DNA of 63,651 bases, filler included, from Octopus bimaculoides (taxonomy: Eukaryota): the NCBI RefSeq assembly GCF_001194135.2. It is 4 parts of 4 records of this genome, joined end to end, with 100 filler letters (N's around TTAATTAATTAA, not from the genome) between each part and the next. Parts side by side here need not be neighbours in the genome. Positions count along the whole stretch, not along the records: positions 1 to 29,376 come from NC_068981.1; 3 more parts are not named here. One strand, written 5' to 3'. A program made the position numbers and the translations under genes. The notes under the pieces were generated by a model, which was given only the letters and a program-made list of their open reading frames with translations, had not been told where the DNA came from and did no database searches. Shown piece after piece: positions 1 to 12,069 of this stretch. Numbering within the stretch: the first letter of the stretch is position 1; every line of letters begins with the position of its first letter.

Positions 1-29
1 AAGTGAAAGCACGTTATAAAAATAAAACT

Positions 30-105
30 ACTGAACAATAATAATAATAATAATGATAATAGTAATAATAATAATAATTATAATAATAATAATATCTTTA
101 TATAC

Positions 106-192
<87 letters not shown>

Positions 193-203
193 TAGATAGA
201 TAA

Positions 204-250
<47 letters not shown>
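30..250. repeat. (AAT)n followed by a (GATA)n/(GACA)n compound microsatellite
   Basis: Read directly from the sequence. Confidence 0.98.
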
Positions 251-251
<1 letters not shown>

Positions 252-318
252 AAAGCAAACTATCTTGTCAAGAAAATCTCGAGATGAAATCAGTACTCAT
301 ACTGAGAAGTAATGTTTA

Positions 319-915
319 GGTAGCGTTAAACACGGTATCAACCTTTTTATGGTCATCCTCGGTGATGCATTCTCATCCGCTGGAGGATGACCATAAAAAG
401 GTTGAACCGTACAGTCTGGTGGTCTCAGGGCTAAAAGAATAGGGAGTTCTCTTCCCACTTGCAATTTATATCGAGTTCAGAGTGCACTGCATAACCAGCT
501 GGAGGAGGTATCGTCCTGGGATTAAAACAACAGTACTGTTGGTCTCTAGGGAACCTAAAACCCGTATTTAGGTGGCATTAAACATTACTTCTGTGTATGA
601 ATACTGCTTTCCTCTCTAATAGAGATTTTCTTGACTGGCTTGTTTGCTTGTTGCAACATCAGTGACTGCGTATCGCTTATTTTTCTATATATTGCGAGCT
701 GGAGTGAACTACTGCTATGTCTAGCGGAGGAGTATCCATCACCAGGGTCTGATCTCAGGACTAAAATAGTAGGGAGTTCTTCCCCCACATCACCGCTTGC
801 AATATATACTGAGAGCAGAGTGCACAGCATAACCAGCTGGAGGAGTGTCCTCCTGGGGTTAAAATAACAGTATCGTCAGTTTCTAGAGAACACCGGTGTT
901 CAGGTGGCGTTAAAT
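319..915 (+). repeat. Two diverged tandem units of an interspersed repeat
   Basis: A shared block tagggagttct...cagagtgcac.gcataaccagctggaggag...ggttaaaa at about 420-560 and 745-890, punctuated by GGTRGCRTTAAA at 319, 571 and 903. A further fragment lies at about 40910-40950. Confidence 0.75.
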
Positions 916-1106
916 ACACAATCAATCCAGTGGAGGCTATCATTTTTGTTTGTCACCTATACTACAAGACAAACAGATTTGCTGCGGGACTGAAGAGTCA
1001 TCTGAGAGGTCATAGACGAAAGGGCAGAAATGCTAATGACAGCAAGGAAACTCATCTCTAAAGACGACAAGGGGCAATCACATTGTATATGTATACATAC
1101 ACACAA

Positions 1107-1178
<72 letters not shown>

Positions 1179-1396
1179 TAGTACTCTGGGTTTTGGGGGT
1201 TTAATTTTTGGTGATCACAGAAAAATTAAAGGCAGTGTTGACTCTTGACAGGACTCATCTTAGAACAAAATAACTAAATAACGCATACCGTTTTATCCGA
1301 TATTCAAATAAGTTTCCTGTTTCAAATTGACATTGTATTAAGCCACATTGCAAATACTGTTCCTTTTTATTTAACACAAAAAATCTATATTCTATT

Positions 1397-2638
1397 TCAA
1401 TGCAGGAGAGGAAATGAGATGTGATCGACCTGGGCGTTGATGTTGTTATGTATTATAAATTCCTCAAGTGAACTTTCAGGTAGAGCAGAATGAACATTTA
1501 CCAGTAACCTGGGAGAATGAACAGTAGTCAATGATGTGACCTTGACTTGTTTATTTTTATACGTGTAGGATAAAGAGGTGAAAATATTTTCACTTCCTTT
1601 ACGCATTTCCATAGGAAACTCGAACCTAGGATTAGTATGTGGTCCGCCACAATTCACTCCTTACATTACTGCTTTCGCTTAAGAAATGTTGTATTTTAAC
1701 TGTATATTGTATGTGACGTTATATTTTTGTTTGGAGGAAATATGATAATTCGTGAATTTTATGGTTTTTCAGAGAAAAGCGAAAGGAAATGAATGTTTGT
1801 ACAGCGTAAGATGAAACAGTGAAGAAAATTTTGCCAATAGTCGATCACTTAATGACACGCCAACCTACGCCTCTCCTACTTCTATTTAACATCTGGTATA
1901 TAAATAATAACATTAATGATATCCGGAATTAAAATTATAGGCAGTGATTGAAATACAGTAACCTTCAAGTTTTGACTGAAAATTTGGAACGTTAATGAAA
2001 TGACTTCAGCCGAGAATAAAAATAATATATTTACTATGTATATCTTTAGACGTCACTTAAGCTACGGTGTTTAAGGGAAAGTGAAATGGAATGTCGTCAC
2101 TTTCTATAATCGCATTATTAGTTGGAGTGAAACGAAATAGTTGCATCTGACAATAGAAGCTGTGATGTGTCTTTTTGGCTCTACTACACTCGACACACAC
2201 CGTAAAATAATATTGATTTTTTTTCCCTAGAAGGTAAAGATTAAGCTGTACAAGTGTTCGATGCTGTACTGCCTTCACTGACAAACTGACAAAATATAAA
2301 CAGTTCTGTGTTTATAGGGAGGAGTAAAATGGAAATCTAGCGATGTTCCTTTGTATTTCAATGACTTTAGTGTCGTATCAGATATTTAATGGACTCCAAA
2401 CAAGAGATTAAAACACATAGAGTTCAGAACACTCACTTTCCACAAATATCCTAAGATACTTACAAAGGCTAAGATATGAATTACAGAGTAGCAGAGCTAA
2501 GCAGTGATGAGTATTAATACAAGATTATTACCAGTTCAAGTAGGCTTGGGGCATATTCGAACTCGTAAGAAAGTCATTCACTGTGTTTTGCCAAGGAGAA
2601 AATTTCTCGCAGTAGAATATGCTCCAAACATATTTAAG
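1397..2638 (-). CDS. Candidate last two exons of an unidentified gene: complement(join(1397..1508,2532..2638))
   Basis: The AACTG|gtaata donor and ttctcccag|G acceptor join in frame to give LKYVWSIFYCEKF...AYLNWLLVNVHSALPESSLEEF...FPLLH*. No homology recognised. Confidence 0.35.
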
Positions 2639-4832
2639 CTTGTAATTAAGACATAAATATATATCTGGACTCACATACACGCACAATAATAAATTAGAAA
2701 GATATATGCATAAAGAATACACCTGTACAAGTTTAGTTGTCTAATGACCTAAAATTCTTCAATGAATTTTGAAAATGAGAGAAAATTGTGTAGAAACATT
2801 CCAAAGAGATTAAGAGAATCATGTGAGTGTCAACTTTTTAGCATTCCACTTAAGAGGTCATCTTAAGTGGAATGTATCGATAAAATAATAACGTACCAGT
2901 CAAATACTGAGGTAGTTATAACTGACTTTGTCTTTCCCGTAAACAGTTTCACCGTGTGTTTATGTAAGAAATCATTATTATCGTTTAAGCTATACTGAAA
3001 TAATGGGAAACTTCAATTCTAATTCTGCAAGAAAATAAATGAATTATGAAATTGTTAAACGACCAGTTTAATTCTATCAAGATGTATACGGAGCAATTGG
3101 TCACACTATCTAACAACCAAGCAGTAACTGGAAAATTCAATAAATAAAAATAGCCAGTTAACCTATATACCCTGTACACTCAATCAGTAGGTTGACTGTC
3201 AAAAATGTATAGTTAACTTCCTTAAGCTTTAATTTGTAAAGTATCTACTTTGAGGAGGTTTTATTTAGCCCGTCTTTCGTTCTGTGAATTACATCAAAGA
3301 ATGAAATTTATGATCAAAGTGACTACTAAATTTCTCTTTAATCTTTCCACCATAATATATATAAATATCTCATACATAAAATGTAGTTTACCAAATTTAT
3401 TGGATACTTTTAAGCTAAAATATAATAATGACGAAGAGTATCACAGAATAAACTCTCTAATTTTGGAGGAATAGTTGCTAGCTAGTTTTAGCAAAGTCGA
3501 TAATATGAAGAGATATCTTTACTGCTCAATATCTATAGCCAAAATGATTTAAATCTTTGATAGTTCAGTCTCCCTCACATCAAATAAACATCGTCAAATA
3601 GTTATTAGAAATGCTGACAATAGTAGTGAGTAAATAAGAAATGCTTTGTTAGTTTATAATATTGAAATCAAGTTGTGATATGGGCCTGGTTAAGGCAATA
3701 GAAACCTACAGAGGTGTATACTACCCTTAAAATAACGTGAACGATTCATATTTCTTTTCACAAATCTGAAACACCATTTTTGTTCGTGGAAAAGGCTATA
3801 GAATATCAATAGATAAGCTACAAACAATATACACTTCTAGTTTTCAGAGTTACGGTTGAAACACAACTGTTGAAATAATTTAATGATAATTTAGTCTGAC
3901 TAATAGAACAGCACTACGTTATTTTATTTCGTCCGTTTAATAATATTTTTCATACATGTGAAAACAAGCTTCAAACATGAACTAGGTGTTATCCAATCAA
4001 CTTTCCCGCTTGTATTCAAATTTTAAATCGTATACCAATGTAAGGAATCGATAAATGTGACTGAATGAAGTTAACTTTCACAAAGAAATTGTATTGTATG
4101 GTTGCGTGTGAACTTAAATATTAGTGGAGTCGATTTTTTTCTTCATTTCTCAAGGGGTACAGTAAATTAATTAAATATTAGTCACCTAATATATTGAATT
4201 GTTTGATGTTACTTCTCTACAATACCTTTGGTGTGTTTGTGAATGATGCAGCAAGTTTCGGTCCAAATCCTAAAGCGTTTACGAAACACGTAATATTTGA
4301 GGTCTGTCTTCGTCCCAAAATATCGAGAATGAGCCAGTATCACCACATATTCATAACACACATTGTAAATAATACTCTTGTAATTATTGTTTGAATATTA
4401 AACTCGAACCTTGTCGCAATCTTTTACATTTTAATAAGTATTTTTCCGTTTCTATATCTTGGCGTTCTAGAAGGGAAAGGTGAATGATTCCCGATTAATT
4501 ATTAAATAGTACCGAAGAAGATTGGTTTTATCTTCATCACAAGCAACCGATAACGTTGCCGTAGGTGTTAAGGGTACACGTGTCTGTGGAGTGCACAGCC
4601 ATTTGCACGTTAATTTCACGAGCAGGCTGTTCCGTTGATACGATCAACTGGAACCCTCGACGTCGTAACGAAATAATTCTGCAGAAAATAATTCTCTGCA
4701 GTGAATTTTGACGGTCAGAGAACATGGATTTGTGATTAATCTTTATATTTTGTATCTTTTCATTTGTCTTGCTCGCTTACGTTCTGGCGTTTGCTGAATT
4801 TTCTTGAGAACAATCTTTTCTTAGTGGTCGGA

Positions 4833-5800
4833 CTATATAGGGTCTACATCTAGCATAAGGGATGTCCACTTAATNNNNNNNNNNNNNNNNNNNNNNNNNN
4901 NNNNNNNNNNNNNNNNNNNNNNNNNNNNNNNNNNNNNNNNNNNNNNNNNNNNNNNNNNNNNNNNNNNNNNNNNNNNNNNNNNNNNNNNNNNNNNNNNNNN
5001 NNNNNNNNNNNNNNNNNNNNNNNNNNNNNNNNNNNNNNNNNNNNNNNNNNNNNNNNNNNNNNNNNNNNNNNNNNNNNNNNNNNNNNNNNNNNNNNNNNNN
5101 NNNNNNNNNNNNNNNNNNNNNNNCCTACGCTCTTCCACAGAAAGTAACACAGAAAGAAACAGGGAGACAAAACTTGAGAATATTTGGGCCTCAACGTAGC
5201 TAACGAACAGGTTTGAATAGTTGGGGCCCATTCTCGTTCCCATGGCCACTCCCGAGCTATGCTGGTAAAAATCACCAGCGAACGAGAAGCAGTTGAGTGA
5301 GAGGACAAGTTCGGCCAGACGAACGAGTGTGGATGTATCAGGTTGGGAGCTGGGTCGAAGATCAAGGAAATGGTGGAGTGCAGGCAGCCCCTCGTGGAGA
5401 GCGATCACCGTGTAAAGGTTCTGGATGTCGAGAGTGAAGAGAAGTTTAGAGTGGCCAGGAGGGAAGGAGAAAGAGTTGAACAAACGAAGCGCATGGTGGT
5501 TTCATGGATGTGAGAGGAGAGAGAAGACACTAGGTGGGGGCGAGGTCACGGTAAAGATATCTGGAGATGAGTTCGGTGGGGCAGTTGCAGGCGGAGACGA
5601 TGGGACGGCCAGGGTTGTTAGGTTTATGGATTTGGAGAGGAAGTAAATTGTAGGGGCGCGAGGGTGCGAACAACGAGGTTGGAGGCGATGTGGGGGAAAC
5701 GGGAGGAGGAGATGAGGTCATGGATAGTGGAGGGCAGAGGTCAATAGAAGGAGATGTTTTGAAGTTGGCGGAGAGCTTCCACCTTGTAGAGGTCTGCGCG
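4833..5800 (-). mobile_element. Penelope-like retroelement RT fragment, gap-interrupted
   Basis: KIHKP...PGRPIVSAC, LDIQNLYT and GVAMGTRMGPNYSNLFVSYVE; frameshifted. Confidence 0.9.
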
Positions 5801-8800
5801 CCTTCATCTGGAAGTTACATTTTATAAGAATATCTATGAAAATGCCTATAATTCTGAAAGATAAATAAACCTAAAATAGCTGATTGCTTTTCCTTTTCAT
5901 GATGAAAGATGGACGATATATCTATTGATGTCGAAAAGGAAATAGTAATCAGTCTGTAAAGAAATAAGTAAATATATCCGTCAATTTTTGTAACTTCCAG
6001 CCTTTAAAACACAAACATGAAAAATTACAATATCTTGAAAACATATAAGCTTTTTGTCATTTTTCTTTAACTCTTTTCTATTTGCTTGTCTTTATTTTTT
6101 TTTCATCGATTTTATTCTTTTTCCACTTCTATTATTATTATCTTATTTTTTTAATCATATTTTGTATCTATTGTTTATCAGTCTTTTATTTTCTGTGTAT
6201 CATCAGATATTCAATTTTATATGTTTCGAGACAATAAACAAATAACATTCCCGTATTTACAGGATATTTTGGAGTCACAATTATTCCCTTGTCGTTGAAG
6301 AAAAACAATGATATAGTTTTGACAATTATTTACATTATTCCTCTCGAACGTCATTTTCCATTTCTTGTTGTAGCTATTTTTGTTTCTGCACTCAACTAAT
6401 GCAATTGAAAAAGTGATGTCATACAGTTTTATATTCTTGCTTTATAAATGTGAAGCCTTAAGGCTGTGCTCGAATTAAAATTGACAAATTTGGCAGGCAT
6501 GTTTTATATTTCTTCGAATATAGCATGTATGAATGCTACACTATCTCTTCACTTTCCAGTAAACTTGAGACTTCTTCTACGTGAATTTAAAATATAATGA
6601 GAAAAAGACATTAAAGATTTTGTTCCTACTTCAAGTTTCATTAACATGAGGTACAACTATTGACAGATATACCAGTCTATCGCAATAAACATCTCAAGAT
6701 TTAGCACCTCTTTTCATGAATTTATATATTACTAATCATTGACAACAATTCAATCACAAGGAAAGAGGCGAGAGTATGCATAACATAAAAAAAAATAGTT
6801 ACTCATTGATCTTGATTGACGATAATGTCGCTGCAAACGTCATCCGAGGCAATCGTTCTTATTCTATCCTACATTTAACACTGGTAGACGTCGCTTTTAT
6901 GAGGTGATGAGACACACTATCAAGTATTTGAATATCTTATTGTAGGTACTCTAGTGAGAGAAAAAGTTTAAGAGTGGTACAGACATGATCATACTAGGGA
7001 TGTGCTGTTTATTGTTATTAACATGAATACCATCTGTATTGGTCGGTTACGATGGATTAAGAGTTTGAAGCTTCTATAGTTGGGAATGTGTGCCTCTGAT
7101 GTAAGATGTACCAGAGAGAGTACTTGTTGGATATGTGTTGAACTGAATTTAAAGCAAAACAGGAGTAGATAAATTATAGAATTATATAGAATCAGAAATA
7201 GCATATTTAACAAAATGTTTTGATCTTAAATCCCTAGTGTAATTTGAAAGGCCAAAGGGTTTACTGATCTTCCGTTGCTCAGAAACTTTATTTGCTGTTA
7301 TCTCTTCTAGGAGTATCGACTGTTAGTGAAAATGCGACGTTAACTGCAGAAAGGAACTATCATTCAGTAAAAGAAAGAGTGAGAGAAAGAAATGTTGAAA
7401 GAATGATAGATAATATAAACCGAAAACTTCAAGCTGAAAATTATATTAAATATTTATCGATAGACGATTTCGTAGTCGTTTTGATCTAGAATATATTTGC
7501 ATTTTAAAAATCATTGCTTTAGGAGAGATTGCAAACATGAGCCATAGTTGTAAATATTTCACTTACCTCCCATCTGACGATGGTATAAACTTTATATAAT
7601 ATAATTTTTTTAAATTTCATCCCTTACTATAGATTATAGTGTATAATTTTAAGTAATATAATTATATTTAAAAAGGGCATGTATTCGTTCAATGTTGCAA
7701 ACAACATGGTCTGTTTCCAAAGCGTAATAGAGATCTCAGCTGAAATAAGTGTTTAAAGAAATTTTTACTTATGTAAACACTGTGACAATATGTAGAAACA
7801 GCACAGGTGCATGACGCTAATCTAACAAACCTTTTTACAGATATTACGTTCAATAACAAGAAAGTTGTTATCGTTTACCATTCAACTTCTAGAATATGAG
7901 GTTTCCAGAAATAAAATAATACAGGACCTAACGGGCGCCTTTCTTTTCTGAAGTTAATGCCTCCATACAGACATCAACGTCCAGGGCGGGCAGTTGGTAT
8001 ATTTTCTTATTACGTACAGTAAATTTTACATTATTCAGATAAAATCTATTCAATTGTGTATGATAAAAACCTTTCTTCTGCCTTCGGAAGCACTAAAAGG
8101 TATTTCAGTATCTCAAAAGACAGTTGAAAGATGCCATCATCATCAACATCAATCATAATTTACCGCTTATTATTGAAACATGTTTCCAAGATAGCTATTG
8201 TCGTAACACTGGATAGCAGATACTTTGAGGATCTGAATTATCGTCAGCATAAAAAGAACATTAAAGCCACACATAAACGGAAACATTTTGAAATGTGACA
8301 AATGAATAGTGACAAATGAATGATAATTCGCTTTTGTGTATGACAACAGGGTGAACAGAATGATTAAGTACGGCAAAATTTAAAGGTAGCAAATCAAACT
8401 CTATTGCATTCGATGCTTTGTCACTAATTGTTCTGCGACAAACATATTCACTCATGGGTCTACTCCATACATTGTACCATCTTTGCATCGTGTGATAATG
8501 ATTTTGTTCGTTCAAAGAATCTACCTTTATTCGATCAACCAAACATGCATTGTACTTAAACTGTTATTCATCACCTCACCACATAGAAATTTAATCAAAA
8601 CAACATAACCATTTTAATTACTCAGTATGGACTTTAAGGGTACAACTAGCTTTTAATTTCGATAATGAATACCTATTGACTGCCGTTCATGAACACACTC
8701 AGTTCCCCTTCAGTCTTGTCTGATTTGAAATGAAGTATTCCATTATCGAGTGCTGCAAGCAGTTTTTTTTTTTTTTTGCTTTATTTGACATGCTTTCTTT

Positions 8801-10010
8801 CATACATTTCCATTGTGGCCCTTGTTTTCTAAGCATCGAACCACGATTATAGCTGCATGAAAAAGCCACAACTATACCAGCCCATATGCTCGGTGTTCTT
8901 TTTGCAAGAATCAACGTCACCCTTTGCGACGCCATCTTCTGTCACCTAAATTGAAAAGCTTGATGACCAGTGAGTACGAAACCGATCTGCTTAATGCCCT
9001 TTATTTCGTCAGATTTCTGTTGTGCATTGCCACCGATGTAATTTCTTGTGAACGCATGTTTATTCACTACCAAAATTCTAGTTTCTGTGAAAATGGTTAA
9101 ACCGTCTGGAAAAAGTGCTAATGTCAAATCACAACTCTAGTTTCTGTGAAAATGGTTAAATTGTATGAGAAAAGTGCTAATATTAAATCACAAGATGTGG
9201 TTTCCAAGCAGAAAAGAACTGACTGTCACAGTTCGACATCTTCCTCCTTCTGCTAGATCTGACAATAATCAATCAAACTCCAAATACTAACAATTACCAC
9301 ATCCAGCCCAATACTCAGCCTGCATTAAAGCGACAGACATGATTATCAATGTAACAGCGAGACTAATGAAATTCCTTGTTCTAAACCCTTACATGTCTCC
9401 GCCGAATCGACGAAAAAGTGTAAATTATTACTATATCCATAGCCAACAAGCTTAGTTCGGCTCCGGTTTTTCTCTTTCTCACTTGATTCACCAAGAATTT
9501 CAAGCTAGACAATTACGAAGCTATCATTCCTAGTAGTAAATAAAGTCATCGATATTCCATCCTTTCGTAGGGGCGAAGAATTTGTATTAAACCTCGTTTG
9601 ATGTTCTATTCACACGCATTAACTTACTATTCTACTATTTCGCCTCAGCAGTATAGCCTTTTATATGAGGTCTACTTCTTAATAATCGACACCGACTTAA
9701 TTTCATTAATCTAGGATATGCAACACCCCTCTCCCTCGTACATTCTACAGTGCTACTTATATCGAAAATTTAATGGGATGTATGGCAGACAGACGCGCAC
9801 ACACATATACACTATACACATATACACATAAACACACACACAATGTTATTTTAGTAACAGATATAAAATACATTAAAGTGTTTCCCCTCTAATAAATGTA
9901 ATTGTATAGCACATTTCTCGTATTTGAAAATTTTGAAAACATCTACTTGGTCTGGGAACTTGATTGCGTTTGGATACATGTGTGCATGCATGCAGACATG
10001 CGTGTATGGA

Positions 10011-10061
<51 letters not shown>

Positions 10062-10559
10062 TGTGGGGGTGGGGGTGAGGGTGTTTGTGTTTGTATGTGT
10101 GTGTGAGAGCGCATGGCCTAGTGATTAAGGTGCGGCACGAACATTTGATCATTATAAACAAATCATTTGTGCAGGTCATTTAGCAAAAGCTGAACACTCA
10201 TACATAGTCTTATATTGCCAACCTTCTGATGAAGAAAACCGGACTTATAGTAATATATCTATGAGACTACTTACTGGTTCTATGCCCAAGACATTTTTTG
10301 CACATTGTATCGGGCTAATTATGAACATTTGGAGCTTCCGGAAACAACTCTCGTGTTAAAAAAAGTCGTGTTCCGAGCTCCCGGAAACAACTCGTGTTAA
10401 GAAAAGTACGTATCCCTCCTTAGTATTCTGTATTTTTTGTGCCTTGTGTAAACATATCTGTATAAATATATATACTACACAGTTCATCTTAAATGATACA
10501 AAGAATGATAATGAAATTGAAAACAATTTAAGACATGGACCACTGGCAGCAACAAGGAA

Positions 10560-10830
10560 AGTTCAAGGAATAAGGTAATAAATCTGTAACAAAAATGGTG
10601 AAGATAAAATTCCGGCTTGCCATTTACTATACAAGTGGGATCCAGATTGATATAGAAAGAGGGGTAGGCCTAAGAACTCGTGGCGTAGATCAACACAAAA
10701 GGAACTAGAGAAAGGGAGGCATTCATGGCAGAGTATAAGTACAGAAGCGAGAAATTATGCGACATGGAATTCAATTATAAGTGGCCTATACTCCGTGTTG
10801 GAGGGTTAAAGGCAAGAAAGAAAGAAAATT
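10560..10830 (+). mobile_element. RTE-clade LINE 3' end
   Basis: RKRGRPKNSWRRSTQKELEK...SW...W...GLYS, the RTE ORF C-terminal pattern. Confidence 0.75.
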
Positions 10831-11815
10831 TACCATACAAATAGTTTGGCTTCTGCCATGTGTTACAGATATTGCGCTGTAATGTGCTACTACAAAATAA
10901 CCTACTTAAAAAGTGGGACTAAACTTCAGTAAGACTGAGAAGCCAATGAACATGAGATGCATGGGAGACAGTTGAGCAAAGGAAGCTATCGTGGAGTATC
11001 ACGTGAACGAGTCAACTGATTATAATTCCTCTTTAAAGCATTATGCAATGTTCTTGTCTTTGACTAATATCAAATCTTGATTGCATTGATACTGCTGATT
11101 GTCACTTTCGTCGCCGCACAAGCTATGCATCGTTAAAACATACCCTGGCGGTATGCAGAACATGTATAGTTGCCAGCATAACCAATTTTCAAAATCATTG
11201 CTGATGCACTAGGGAGTAATACAACATCACCAATGAGATGGAAATTATCACCAAATTATCACCTGTTCTTTCTACGAAATCGGCAAGAAAGTGTAACACT
11301 AACGATGCTAATATCTGGAAGGTTGAAAGTGCACTTGTTGGTAATGATCGTTTTTTAAGCCATGCTGCATTAACGAATTAAAAATCTAACATTGTGACAA
11401 GTCTGACTTGACAAATAAGTTCTGATTATTGAGTTGCCTTGGAAGAGAATTATGGTGTTGGTTCTTGGAAGGAAAATCTTAAAATTTAAGACTTAGAGCG
11501 CTGTGTGAGGTTCGATGATGACAGCGTACGATGCTTTCAGTAAATGTGGGACATCATGCTTCTATTGGTTAAATCTACGGTGACCTGTCTGACTGGCATT
11601 GGCTTCAGGTAGGTTTGTAATTTGAGGATTGCAGAGGAAAACAGAGAATGGTTTATCATAGATATGGCCGCGGCAGGTGATAAAATAAAAACACAGAAAT
11701 CAAATTACAAATCCTGTGGAGACAGTACACCAGAGTTACTAACTGCACTCATATATAGATTTGCACGCAGCTGCTCCACGAAAAGAATAATTTAGAAATT
11801 CGCATGAGTATAAAG

Positions 11816-12009
11816 GCGCAGGCTTGGTATCATGGATAGGCGAGGCGTGGCTGTGTGGTAAGAAGCTAGCTTCCCAATCACATAGTTCCCAGTTCGGTCC
11901 AACTGCATGGTACCTTGAATAAGTGTCTTCTACTATAGTCTTAGGCCGACCAAAGGTTTGTAAGTGAATTTGGTAGACGGAGATGGAAAGAAGCCCGTCG
12001 TATATATGC

Positions 12010-12068
<59 letters not shown>
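11816..12068 (+). mobile_element. tRNA-derived SINE, family B (GGCGCAGG..GGCTGTGTGGTAAGAAG head, GAAGCCCGTCGTATA(TG)n tail)
   Basis: A-box-like TGGCTGTGTGG and B-box-like GGTTC; other copies at 56006, 46484, 47820(-), 42228, 35110 and 32130. Confidence 0.8.

Positions 12069-12069
<1 letters not shown>

Noticed and set aside
319-915. Short direct repeats separated by 250-330 bp, superficially array-like
   Set aside because: The intervening sequences are homologous to each other and too long for a CRISPR array, and the context is eukaryotic.
11430-11620. ENYGVGSWK, reminiscent of a telobox Myb motif
   Set aside because: It is only a 9-aa resemblance amid in-frame stops.
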